Assembly: GCA_964658305.1 (NCBI GenBank)
Contig: OZ210884.1
Location: 1,736,001-1,800,000, forward strand
DNA: 64,000 nt
Source: Leptogorgia sarmentosa
Lineage: Eukaryota
Direction: 5' to 3'
Made by a program: the position numbers and the translations under genes. This document shows, piece after piece, positions 22,653 to 36,400 of the stretch (positions are counted from its first letter, which is position 1; every line of letters starts with the position of its first letter). The notes beneath the pieces were generated by a model. It worked only from the letters and a program-made list of their open reading frames with translations, was not told the DNA's origin and searched no databases.

Positions 22653-25600
22653 AAGTATCTTCTCAAACTCATTAATAATTCATGAGGAAATACACCAATC
22701 GAAAACACACATTTCGTCACGTGCATGAGTTGTGAAACCCCGGTAATAAACCAACAATTGATTTAATAATTGAGAAATTAGATAATAAACGCTTACGCCT
22801 GAGAAGTTATTTCATAAACTTGTGACACGTGTTTTACCGGGGTTTCCAAACCCTTGAGAATAATTGAATTAACTCGACTGTTCACCGCGCGATTTTCTTT
22901 ATTGTTCCCTCGTGTATGTTAAACACTCAAGACAATAAAAACCACTCGGCCGTACCGGCCTCGTGCTTTGATAGCCTTTCGTGCTTTACACACTCTCGAG
23001 AACAATACAAAACGCTTGGTGAAGAGTCTCGTTAATTCAGTTATTCTCGCGCGTTTGGAAACCCCGGTAAAACACTCGCACTCGTTTATGAAATATTACC
23101 TCCCAAATGGCGCGACGTTGCCAACCAATACACTGACCCTTTCGGAAAGCATACGTCAGCAAACTCGAAAACGAGGCCGAATCGCTAAGCCGTTGTAATA
23201 ACTAGAATTTATTTTTTAGTTTGACAAATGTGTAGACAGAGACAGTAGAGAATGTCAAATATGTTACATTTTATAACATACTGTGCTGTTGCTAACTGCA
23301 GCAAGCTTGCAGCATACAGTAAATCTGGCTGTACTAATATAAAGGACTTAATTTTGCCGACGTATACTTTCCGAAAGTGTGTATTCGGGTAGGAAAATAG
23401 TGTTTTAGTTAAACCGTCAGAACCATTTTTAAAATCAGTGTGGCAATGGTCCATTCGCTAAAGTTTAAAAAAAGTTGAAGGAAAAAGGACAATTTCTAAA
23501 GTTGTAAGATTTTCTTGTTTATTTTTGAATAACTATTTTCCTCAGGATAAATGCATGGTGCAAGAAATTGCTAATAGACATGTCAAGAATGTCTTATAGG
23601 AGTCATGAAGTTCACCATTTTGTGCCCTAATCATTTTTGGACATTTGTGAAACAACTAGAACTATGTATTTACAAATAAAAAATTTGACCAAAGTATTTT
23701 GCCTACGCGGTGCATGATTGAGATAGAAAGCAGGCCTTTTGCTTTGCTAACCAAAGTAGCCTTGCATTTTCTACGAAAGCCGTAAGTTTCAGGCAAAAAA
23801 ATTGTTAATTGTATGTTGTCGATGTATTTATGTAACTAGAGATGGAGGCTCATTAGGTGTATGGCATCATTAACATTTCGTAACCGGTAAATGTTGTAAA
23901 TCAGATATAATGGACAATTACCATTATACACTAACTTCTGAACTAAAAAACAAAAACGGGACTTCTGGAAGAACATTATTGATATTAGTAGCAAAATCGC
24001 AAAACAATTATTTGGAATTAAAATTTAAGGTATCAACCCGCTTCCTACATGATCTTTTCGGTTTGGGCATTTTATGACGATCGGAATGGCACAAGTCTGA
24101 AGGAGGGGGCGGGGGGGGGGGAGGTGCAGTAATCTATATGAGGGGCAATAATCTGCCGTCCTGTTACCCAGCAAAACAGGTGATAGTCGATTTAATTCGG
24201 GCGAAAAGCATGAAATTCTTATGCTCCAAGACTCAATTCACCCATATAATAAACGGAGTATTCACCTCGCTTGTTCGGTCAATTACCCCTTAGTATTGTA
24301 CATGTAATGTATAGTTTGCAGTTTTGTGTACTCTGATTTCTAAAGCGAATAAAATGATGTTCTCCTTACGCTTAACAGTCTTTCCCAGTTGAAGATTTTA
24401 AATTTATAGTTTTGCAAAGCACAACTTCTTTGATTTGCACGAACTATATCTTACATGTATATGACATAAAACACGATGACGATCAATGACACTATCAGAA
24501 TATGTTTTGACAATTTTATATGGATTTGTAGCCAGTTCCCAACTAAAGTTTGTAATTCAAAAATAACAGAAAAAAAACGATAGAAAAAACAAAAGAACAT
24601 AAACTTAAGGGAAAAAATGAAAAATTTGTTAACCAATTTAATTATTACGATAATTGTAGACATACTTACTAGTTTTTACGAAGATTTACTAGTCTGTGAG
24701 TATGACTATAAGCTAATAATAAAATGTGTTTATTTGTTGTATCATTTTTGGACGGTTGGACCAGTGATTTTCATCTCGGTGAGCAAATGTGGGCCATTCC
24801 ATGCAATTGAATCTAATTATCGCAAATGCATTGTAAATTTAGAAACCGAAATGTTGTGTGAATTATTCACAAGAACATTTTTATAAAACGGAAGGTAATC
24901 TGAACCAAATTCATAGTATATCGCTCTCTCTCAAAAAAGAAATTGTATTATGGCAAAAAAAATATTTTAAAAATTTCTGTTCTAAATTTGAAGAAAATTT
25001 GCACGGTAGCAGATTTGATGGTAACACGGCGGATGCCACACTTGCAATTGCAATTTTCGCCGTCTGCATGTTCCCAAAACTCACTCTTTGCTGAGCTACT
25101 GTGCCAGGGACAGCTCGTGAGTTCAACTTTCAGAAAACTCTCAAAAAGCACCCTTTTCCTTGAAGTGCCTTTTTCATGTTCACCTGCCAATGCCAATTGC
25201 TTTTCTTACCGAATCCGCCCCCCCCCACGTCTCACCGAACTCCAATGTCGTTCCTGCGTCCCTGAAGCTATTTTACATGTAATACGTAGAGTGCAGTTCT
25301 GAAATGTTTCCAGTGAGTGAACAACGCCTGTTAGTCAGGTAGGATTGCAACGTTAAAATTCAAAAATTGAAATGGTGAGTGAATCGTGAGGATCTGTGGT
25401 GGCAAGAAGCAATTCCCGACACTATTAATTACCATATTTGAGAGCCAAGAATATTTCATGAAGTTAATTAATTAACGTCCATACGAACCAAATTTTGAAA
25501 ACACTAATTCTACAATTAAAATAACACCATTTGTAAGAAGAACTTTTACCTATACCGGGCAGCTTTGTTACCTGATTTATATTACCTTCCAACATGTACT

Positions 25601-26870
25601 CTTGCGATATCTGTCTTCAAAGCTGTTCTAATTAACGCTGCGGCACCTTGGTTCGGTTTATATTGTTCTTTAAAACACGGCCAAAACGAGTACGGCTATA
25701 TTCCGAAGTAGTAAGCTCTAATTTGGATGAAAGCGATCCAGCAACTTCTGCTGCGGCGTTCCCAAAACTTGTTCATACAAACTGGCTAAAGAATTACTCG
25801 TTAAAAAATTAAAAATTGCAAGTTTGAAATTGTTCGAAATTCTTTGTAATGCATTTTATAGGTTTTACCTTCCAATCAAACAGGTTATATTTTTTTGAGG
25901 GGGGAAAGGGGGGGAGGGCACACACGGTATACCAAATTAAGTTAGCCTTCTCTTAACATTATAAAACTTACCTGGATGCAAGAGCTGGTTTAATTCTTAC
26001 ATATTACATTGTATTAAATCAAACACCGATACTTCAGTTTTCGATACAACCGATATATTCATATGTCATAAAAACGCATGCACATGGTACATCAAATTTA
26101 GATAAATTAGATGTCAACCACAGTTACAGAGATAAAATTAAAACTATATACCTGCAAACTAACTACGTAAATATAATTATTGTACGTGGATTGCAAAATT
26201 ATTGAAACAACTAAGTATTAGTCCTACTAGAGACTAATCTTAAAGTGAGAGAAAATAAATGTTGATTGATTATACTGGCCTTTCAAAGGCGTTTCGTGCA
26301 CATACTGTTTGAACCTATACTCTGTTTTAACGAACAAAGATGTACCCCATAGCCTGCACTTCCTTGTCGCCATTGTCAGCATTACAAGAACTAAAAGCGC
26401 TGTTGCCGCAGCTGTTGACTATGTTCCTCCGGCTGCAGTATCTTCGTTGGCTGGCATCGATTGCACCAAATCCTATGAAGGAATCTGCTGTCCGACAATC
26501 TTTCTCATTATTTCCTATAATGCCGATTCGAACCCGTGCGTGATACTTGTCATCAGCAGCAACATTGAACCCTTGCCTTCCACAATATATTTGAAGTGAG
26601 GAATCGTCGTACAAAGATTTCCATGTGTTGCGAGGGATGTTAGTTGCGCGAAATTTTCCGTCTGCCAAGATATCGTACAAAGAATTTGCCTTGTAGCTTA
26701 TTGGAATAAACCGAACTGAATTAACTCTCATTCCAACACACATATGAGTAAACGGTGTGCTCCAGAAAGTTGCCAGTTTTGTTTCCACGTGATCCAGTCC
26801 GGTTTGCCCACCGCCTATTGAGTATTCTTTCTTATTGGTCCAATAAGAGGACGAATAAGAAAATGTCTCC
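22210..26870. repeat. Segmental duplication, copy 2
   Basis: Direct homology to about 1845-8521; for example, ORFs 7958-8248 and 26309-26599 translate identically. Confidence 0.9.
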
Positions 26871-29800
26871 TAAAATACAACAAAATGAACAGTGATAACA
26901 TTTAGAATTAAAGACGCAGTACTAGTAGTTATACAAATAACTACTCTGCGATTCGGACTTGGTTGGGAAAATACCCATGAAGGTTCAGCTAATTGCAATC
27001 GTCAAAAAATGTAATCTCTTTCTTTTACTTCGTACATGATAACCTAGACTTGCTTTGTGTTTCCAAAAAAATAATATCTAACAAAATGTTGCTGTAATGA
27101 CAACAGAAATTCTAAAAGATGCACTCTCGGGAAATTTGTATACACCGCACGAGTTATTTACTATAGCAGCTTAAATTTTTCCATTCTTAGACACATTAAC
27201 TTACCTTGCTTCCGTTTATTTTCATCACCATTGTCCACCCACCGCCTGAACATCCGGGTAATGATGTCATATGACAATACACTTCAGTGAAGTTTGTGGG
27301 TGTTTTAGCCTTGATACGATAGACGCCATTCTCGGCGTGACTGAGAAAATATAAATTTGGGGATCGTTGTTTTATACTCAGTTTGTTAATTGCCCGTATA
27401 ATTCTCATCCCTAGGGATAGCGCTACTTACGGCGGAGGCCCGAAATAGCCTTAGTATCGGTTGAGTATATATTTTATTAATACTAACAATATTATTATGC
27501 CTGATCTCTGTTAATTGTAAATGCACAAGCGTGTTGCAATGGACATTATAACAACTTCAAAAACGCGTAATTAGCAGCGAATTTGTTTCTGGCGATATTG
27601 TTGGGGAAGGAGAAGAAAACAATTTTTCTCCATGATTTTATCGGTAAAATGTCGCAGTATGTATTCAATTACGCCAGGGACTGGCAAGTACCAGATGAAT
27701 CTGTTCAAAACCTACCTAATACTTGCTCTTGTACAAATTCTGTTTCTATATTGGCCCCCTTCACAGAAATAGCCATGGGGCAATGCTTATTGTTTATACT
27801 GTAATGTGATAATTGTTCACTGCATTAAATTTTAATGTCTCGAGCTAAGTATCATAGAGGTAAGAAAGTATCGAATCGAAAGCATTTTAAAGTATCGAAT
27901 CGAAAGCATTTTTTGGTCACAAGCTTATTGTGTTTTACTAACAGGTTAGTAAATACTTGAGCTTCAGGGGCCGGGCACCACGAAAAATCTTGGATTTGAA
28001 AAAAAAACTATTAAAGCCGTGCCTTAGTCAACAATCTTTCATGTGTTTTTCCAAAGAAACCTACTAAAATGGTAGAGTTTGGATTCCGAAATGGTCATTT
28101 CCGGCGATCTAGAGATCCTAAATGTTAAAAATGTTATCGCTCGGCGCCAACCATGATGGCGTCCCGTGAGTTCCACCCCCCCCCCCCCCCCCCCCACATT
28201 GTTGAAAACATTCCTACGTCCAAGTGGTAATTTGTTCAAATTGTGCAAAAATTCAATTCAACTCGAACTCTTAAAGAAGTATCAACTAAATAGCAACAAT
28301 TTTTTGCAACACTTTGCAACAAACATTTTTTTAAATATTATTCAAATGAAATGTGGAAACACCGTAAATGTATTGCGTATGCAATGGAATCGCAATACAA
28401 CAGGAGTCAATTGTTTCAAATACATTGCGAACTTACAAATGGACATTCACTGGAACTTAGAGACTCAAAATTGTTTCCATAATCATTCGTATTTCAACAC
28501 TACACTTCACATTTTCTCAGTAAAAACATTTCAACATCGCCCTCATTTCTCGGCGGCCGCAGTCTTTGAATACGTCATTGCAAACAAAAGGTCATCGCTT
28601 GATTACAATTCAAGTAAGCTAATCGCAGATTGGCTAACAAAATTAAATTGATATAAGCTCATCGGTGAATGGCTATGTGCTAACACATTTTGCGGTGTAG
28701 TAAGGTACGGGACGCTTGAGATAGCAATATACCTGCTTTGAAGATATAAAAACAACAGCGAGGTATATTTACGTTTTAAACAGTGTAATTTTCAGGGATT
28801 ATTCTAACGAAATATTAAAACTTCAGTGGGCTCCAAAACTGTTTGCGTGTGTAGCTGTTGTGAATGCATTTTTTATTCATGAAAAATATTACAGAGCTCA
28901 CATAATGTTTCATGTAAGTGAGTAAGACCTTTACATTACATGCTGCGTTTCGCCAGTTCATGATATATACCCTAAAGTCTTATTGGAGAAGTCTAACCAG
29001 TGGTCGGAACCAAAAATTGAGGTGATAATAATTACATTTTTTTCACGAATATTGGAAACGTGGCAGCAGAAGTAAAAACTCGAATATACCAGTCATTGCG
29101 AAGTTCGTTCGTAGAAATATTTTTACAACTCCAAGAAGTGGCAGCGAATTATCACTCGTAATTTTTAAAGCTTTAAATCTTCATCTTTTTCATCTTGGAA
29201 TTTTACACATTGGAAATTATCAGTCATGCATGGTCGCTTGAAACATATAGCAAAATTAACGGCATTGTTTTCACGATTTCTTGTTATCACCTGTTGAGAG
29301 GTAAAAACTGGCGAACAAATTCTTCCGTTTCTAAACTGCGCCAGGATCAACAAATTTTATGAATCGATCGCCGGAAATGACCATTTCGGAGTCCAAACTG
29401 GACCTTTTTCGTTGGCTTCTTTTGGTATACAAATGTATGATTGTTGACTAAGGGCCGGCCCCCTGGAAACTTAAAATTGGGGGCCCCGTTGCTCCGCCCG
29501 TTTCCAACGTCCCTGCATGGTAATTCCAAAGAAAATTTCTGTTTCCCTATTTTGGCTTGCTATGGTACTGGTTTTGTATTGCTTTAAATACTGCACTCAG
29601 TTCATATTTTCAGGCACAATATTGGTGAGAATGACTACCCTACATCTGCTGTTGCCGGGCTTTGAGAACTAAAAGATATCAGAATTTTTCTTTTCCCGTT
29701 CTAGTTCAGAACTCGTAAATAAAATTCACCTGTTTTCCAATAAGGCTTGATGGCACGATTCGTATGTGGTATCATCTATATAACATAATACATGGTAGGA

Positions 29801-32800
29801 TTGCAAGGTCTGAATGTTTTTCTTTCAGGCAAAAGCATACATGTCATTATATAGTAAGAAATAATTATAAGGTGATATTTTCTTTTATTTTTTTCCGGTC
29901 CGTAACTCCCGGTCCGTAACCTAAATAGAGCTTTCTGATTGGTTGCCGAGCGGTCCGTAACCTACTTTACGGACCGCTCGCATGCATTCTCGTAGATTTA
30001 ATTACAAATATAGCCAATGTTTTTGTTTTTTAAAATTGAATGGCCGCTTATTAAAATATTCAAAACGAATTTAGGCGATAAAGAACACATGAAAGTTCAT
30101 TTTATTATGCTAAGGGATATTTTAGGGGGTATTTACAGCGACAAAAACTCATAAGTATCAACAAAGTCTCATCAGTATGAACAAAACAAAACATTCTCGG
30201 CGAAATATTTCGCTGTCTAAAGCGTATTTTAACCATGTTTGTATCGTGAAACGAACGGGAAAATAAATAATTTTAATAAGTTTACCTTTTTCGTAGTAAT
30301 CTTGAGTGTGAAAGCGTTAATATTGAAGCAAATGCGTCAATTTTGAAGGGTTTTTTCTCACTTCGTCTTGGCTGTTTAGCAGGCATACTTTCGATAGAGT
30401 AGCAAAGTAAACAAACAAACTGATCTCAAAATCTAGTTCGCAACACTGGAATTTTTGACGAATTTTATCATAACATCGAGGGGGAAAAAATAAATAAGTT
30501 ATTTACCATTTAGGTCGGTCCGTACTGGAAAATATTTTGTCTCGGTCTCAAAAACGTCCCTCGGCCTTCGGCCTCGGGCCGTTTTTGAGACCTCGACAAA
30601 ATATTTTCCAGTACGGACCTCCCAGCTGGTAAATAACATATATTTATCCCCAGGAAAATTCATACCTTTTTTACAAGCATTTCTTTGGATCACTCGTTCA
30701 TTTATTTGGTCAACTTTGTTATTCAATTTGGTGATCTCATTTTTCATTGATGACAAAAAGTTTCTTATTTCCTGAAGTTCAGGTTGAAGAGCACAATTTT
30801 TACCAGTCTTACTTCGATGTGTAATACATATTTCTTCATTGGTGCGGAGAGAGATGTCGAAAGCATTGACGCTGAAATAAACAAATGTTTAGGAACTGAT
30901 TATATGCTAACCAATCCGTTTCATTAGATAAAATCAAATATTCTGTTCAATCATGGAGTATGGTAACTATTTTGAGAATAGTCATACGCGCATAAATCAT
31001 ATTGCTACGCGCGTAATAACAGAAAAATTCGTCTTTTACAGTCCACATGTTTGATAACTGGTCACGTAATCATTACCAGAAATTTCAAACATGGTTACCC
31101 TCACTTAAAGTGGCACTGTCATGAAAAAATTGTCTATCTAGTTTTCATTTTAATGAAACATCCTTTCAACATAAGGCATCACTACACTACTATCATTTTC
31201 TCAATATATCGTCTACTTCATAAGATATTCGCCTCTTGAAAATATGCAAATTACACATTGTATCGATTATTATTTCCATGACAGTGCCACTGTGATTCTT
31301 GAGCAATTAATTGTATAAGTTAGTAATGGTTATTCTCAATGGTTTATAACCTGTGCTAAGCCATACAATTCTTTATACAGCCGATAGAGTTCAATTGGCA
31401 GAAACCAAACACGACATATGCATGTTGCGATAAATAGAATATCAAGGGATCTGATAATAAATTTAAACATAGTAACAGCGTAGCAAATCATCATGCATGC
31501 TTGAATGGCTAGAAATTATAACCTGTGAATGTCTTCGCTACATGGCGAAGAATACCGAACACTCATGTGCACAACGTACGTTGACTTAGAAATATTTTGA
31601 GTCAAGACGTGAGACAAGTATTACATGAGTTTCATTGGAGAAACAAACAAATGACTTCCCTAAACCTGCCACTTAAGTAAGATATGTTTGATATTTCAAC
31701 CTTTACAAGATCTAACGATACACAAGGTTTGCAAATATTGCAAGGAATTTGCTTAGCAAGATATCATTTGCTCGATCGTCATTAAAAGCACTTAATTAGT
31801 CTCAATCAATTTTAAAAAGTCAATATGACTTGCTTTCAGGCTGAAATCTCTTTTTCCTCTCTCTCTTTTGGAACCATAGTCCATAGTCACTTTTAATGTT
31901 GATAATGGGTAAATTCTAGAAAGATTCAGCTTTCCATTGGTGACAGGTCTACAATAGTGGATCTTTTATAACAACGAGATCATCGATCGTTTTAACAAAC
32001 CAAGAAAGCCTCGTAGAATCCCGCTAAGTCGAACTCGCTTAATAACTCGAACTCTCCGCTAACTCTAACTAATTAAATACGATTTCGCCTGGATTTGAAA
32101 CGAGGCTGGTAAATTTCGATTGCTTAAATCTCATTAGTCGCAAGCGTAATTTCGATTTAAAAACAACAGTTTAACCAACTTATACACACAGTATAGCTTC
32201 AATTAATAGACCATATTAATTAACAATGGATTGACATTAGAACAGCACTTTCAGCAGTGGCGCCGGCAGGATTTTTTTTTTAGGGGGGGGGGGCAATGAC
32301 CCCTTTTGATATAATTGATCACTTACATGACGCATAATTTTGCTTTTCCACTTTTATTTTTTTTCATTATAAAAATGAAGACTACTATATGGAAAACATT
32401 GGGGGGGGAGGGGGGCAGTTGCCCCCCCTTCCCCCCCCACTTGCCCCCCCCCCCTTGCCCCCCTTGCCCCCTTGCCCCCCTTGCCACCCTTGCCCCCCCT
32501 TGCCCCCCATGCCCCCCCCTTGCCGGCGCCACTGGCACTTTGGGATTCTTTGTTAATTTTTTATTCATATAAAGCACCCGAGTGCAATAAACGAAATTTA
32601 ACACATCCCTCGTTAACTCGAACCCTCGCTAATTCAGTTATAATTCGAACAATTTTCCGTTTTCCTTGAGAGTTGGAGTTAGCGGTGTTCTACTGTTTTC
32701 ACGGCACCATTATTGAATTCACCTATTTAATTTTTTCAAATAATGAGGGCAATCCTGTCTGAAATTTCTTGTAGTGATAATGTAAAGATGCTGAAATGTC

Positions 32801-33494
32801 ACCCGTATAGATGTGTGAAGTGACATAATTTAATAACTATTGAGACGCAGATTTTTGTATGTCACGTATCTCGCGCTTAAAACTCACATTCGTCGAAATA
32901 TAAATTTCAAATGTTGAGGTTTCTCAGTCGACAGACTCACTTAAAAAGTTTGATAGATTCATAATTAATGATATAAAACGAAAATAAAAAAAGGTTTTGG
33001 AGGGTACCCCAGAGAGAAAATTACGTTTGAAATCTTGCATTTAATGTTGAAATCAAGGCTTCATTCATGTTGCGCTGGTTATACGAACATTGATGTTCAT
33101 AATTTTCATATTCCCTTTAGTTTCTCAGACATAGTTTCGAAGATAGCAAACATTTTTATCTAGACAATAATCATCGAACAATTTGATTTTGAGAGGAACG
33201 CCAAAACGATTTCTGGTTTGATCACATTTCAACAAAATACATGATATGGAAAAAATTAACTGCTTAATTTTTGAGAGGGATCATTAGTTAAATGCGATCC
33301 GGAGAAAACCATGGCGAATAGAAAATATCATCAGGTTGCAGGAAAATCTAACACTCACTCTATAATGATTAACTCTGCGTGCATGTATGATGAACATTCA
33401 AAATGCAGAAGAAGAAATCAGTAATTTGGTGTACTCACCTTTCACGATACAGCAAGATCGATGCAAAGAAACCAAGAAGGCCGGCTCTTGTCAT
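26327..33494 (-). CDS. Secreted coiled-coil + fibrinogen-N-like protein, skeletal organic matrix protein 5-like family (paralog B, 328 aa)
   Basis: Exons 33494-33439 (MTRAGLLGFFASILLYRE), 30871-30666 (...CALQPELQEIRNFLSSMKNEITKLNNKVDQINER...), 29775-29730 (TYESCHQALLEN), 27340-27205 (NGVYRIK...VYCHMT...GGGWTMVMKING), 26869-26327. GT-AG introns with the same phases as paralog A; 987 nt in frame. Confidence 0.85.
32255..32534. mobile_element. hAT-like MITE with TTGCCCCCC microrepeats, nested in a Tc1/pogo-like MITE (about 32013-32696)
   Basis: TIRs CAGTGGCGCCGGCA...TGCCGGCGCCACTG; GCACTTT on both flanks (imperfect TSD). Outer element ends GTAGAATCCCGCTAAGTCGAACTC / GAGTTGGAGTTAGCGGTGTTCTAC. 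Confidence 0.7.
32840..33270. repeat. Interspersed repeat family, three copies (about 32840-33270, 42060-42465, 62066-62460)
   Basis: Shared blocks such as TTGAGGTTTCTCAGTCG, CTTAAAAAG and ACAATTTGATTTTG in the same order. Confidence 0.8.
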
Positions 33495-36400
33495 GATGCG
33501 AATTGGGCTTGAACTGATCATTATATCGCAGTTTTGTTATATTTATAATAGTCCACCGGACGTTATATTTTATCTTAATTGCATCTTCCTAACTTCCTTG
33601 ATCTTAATATAAATTGCAGTATATCCATCAAACAATACCATTTATTACTATAATGACTTAATTCGATTTTTGCGAACTATGAATAGACCTTGTTTTTCTA
33701 TACAAGCTATTAAAAATGAAAAATATCATTTAGCTAAGTTCCTCATCATTGTTCATTGTGGGTAGAATGATTATAACGAAATATCATGACATCATTAGCT
33801 ATCGTGTATTCTTCATAATATTAAAACATTTCAGTTTGTATTTTTGTGGTATGGGACATTTTGTTGTAACTTTGGCATTTAGAGAACGTTTTGTTAAATA
33901 AAGCATTCGGTTTAGCGAGTTGTAGGACATCTTGCGCCGCTTGTTCGTAACTGTGGCCGCTTAGCCTAAACGGTGGATACGACATATTTGAATTAGAATA
34001 ACTGAATTTGTGAATAACTGAACATTACAAACGCAAGATATGTACTGTAGTTGTGTACACAGGTAAGTCTTGTCTTCAGATTGAAAATTGTTATTTTGAA
34101 CTCTAACCACCGTTTGGGCTAAACAAGCTAGCAACAACCGACCCCTGCTTCCACGCAATCAGCATGTAAATTTAGGAATTATAGAAACATTTCCGTGTAG
34201 AAAATGGATATAGGAATTGGAAAATCAATCAATTTTCTAATGTCTCCATAATGTTTTTTAAACAATCAGCGTGATGCCAATTTCCACAAGTTTTGGTATA
34301 TTCAACTGTATTTATCAAAATGGGAAGTGTTTTTTTTTCAAAGTATATCATAGAGAACCTAAAGGAAAAGATTGATTATATAAACTGCAACAGGGAAGTC
34401 AAAATTTGCGTGCTGAGTTCTTTAGTAACAACAAATGATCAACATGCATACCCCTTATTTTGACACGATTTAAAATTCACAAATCCTGTATTATCAAAAC
34501 AAAATCATCCATTCGTTCATGTTGTGTAGACGTCGTAATGTAATTATTAAAGTCTTACTTATGGAAACCTCTAGATAACGATTTTACAAAAAAAAAAAGG
34601 ATGACGAACTGAAGGCGCCGATGTCTAATATACAAGGAAATATATTTTCAATTTACTCTTTAATCAGATAAATGTTTCTAAAATTAATCCTATACAAGCG
34701 TTTATTCGACTAAACAGCGTAAATTGACAGTATTTCCTCATTCCCCAGACGCCAGTGTTAGTCATCCGGTTATTTTAAGGTGAAGCCATCCATATATGTT
34801 TTAAGTCAACACGTTCAGAATTTAAGATTCAACTGCGATATTAAAAAAAAAACCATCTATATATTCTGTAGTACATGCATATGGTAAACGTAATGATGAT
34901 TAATTCATCTTAAGACAACCATATGGCGAACATACAGAATGAGCTCATGCTGCAAGAACGAGGAAATATTTTCAATTCCGAGTGGACCACTTGAATTAAT
35001 TGTCAATTCATAACTAATTTTAGAAATGTTTATCCGATGAAAAAATAAGTGAAGAATCTTCCCGCATTCCCCAAGCGCCAAAGCATTCTGTTCGTAATCC
35101 GGTTATTTTATTGTGAGCTATATCAGCACACATCTTAGCATTCACAAATTCTTTCGCAAGGCCCAGTTATAAGGCTTATTAAAAACATTTAATTCAAACA
35201 ACGTTTCGGAGTTTACGCTGTCATCATGTTTTACAAATACAATTAAACTATGAATGTTAATTTCGACCGATATGTTGTCGTAAAAATTGCATGTAAATAA
35301 TTATTACTTAAGGAATAGAAAACATTTTCCATGTTTACATCGAGTTATGTAAACATGAGTGCGAGTTTGGGAGAACGAGAAATGTGTGGAAACACGAGCC
35401 CGAAGGGCGAGTGTTTCCCTACATTTCGAGTTCTCCCAAACTCGCACGAGTGTTTACATAACTCAGTGTAAACATAGGAAAACGTTTTCTATTACTTTTA
35501 TTAAATAACACGACAAAAGACAAGACAAAAGCGGAATAACGCTGTCGCAATGGCGAGAAGCAGCGGGAAATAGCCGTGTTTTTCACTTACTTCCGGTTAT
35601 TTTATAAATGTTAATATAACATTATTTATATTACATGCATGTAAACGTAATAAAACAATCAACGTATCCACGCACTTCTAAAGCTTGCTTTTCTTTAATA
35701 TATTTGAAGCTGGATACTTTATAATTATAAGCGCGACTATTACTATAATGTGAACACATTATGCGATGCGCATTTGTCAAAACATTTGCCAGAATAAGGT
35801 ATTAAATATAATATAGAAATGACCTTTTCTTAACTCTTCTAAATTGGCACTTGACATTGTGGTTATGTTTCCCATTCGTGCCTGCTTGAGACAATGGCAA
35901 ACTCTTGAGATCGTACGCGCGATAGCATCATAAACATTATAGGGAAGTCAGGAGGCTTCACAAGCCTCGAGTGCGGCACGGAATCATTCAAAAAACCGCA
36001 TAGAAATGCATCAAATAGCCACCAAGCCAGCAGATTCGTAAAGCTCAGTTAATACCCTACTAGACGCGTACATCTCATACTGAATGATGTCGTGAAGCAC
36101 GAATTTAGAAGAATGAGGACAAGATATATTCAAGATATAGAATGAGGACAAGTATTATCACATGTTTTTATACAATATAATAACACGGAAATGACGTCTT
36201 GTTTTATGGATACATGGTTTTAAAACAATCGGACAGCGAACAGAAGGCATTGCATATCATAATTTATGTGAAGAAACGAGAAACATTATCAAAAATCTCA
36301 TAATAATGAAATAAATGTATCGGAAGAAAGTTATAGCAAAGACACAAATCTTGCAGTACGCCTACTAAGTAAAAGGACAATTGACTCAATTCTACACTGA

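Noticed and set aside
28166..28651. 161-aa ORF in intron 3 of gene B
   Set aside because: Begins in a poly-C tract of a repeat; no domain or splice support.
32315..32669. Gly-rich / Pro-rich (collagen- or extensin-like) ORFs
   Set aside because: Produced by TTGCCCCCC microrepeats within a MITE.
35198..35230. Further hammerhead-like core on the minus strand (TGATGA...CGAAACGTT)
   Set aside because: Core and stems too degenerate to support a call.
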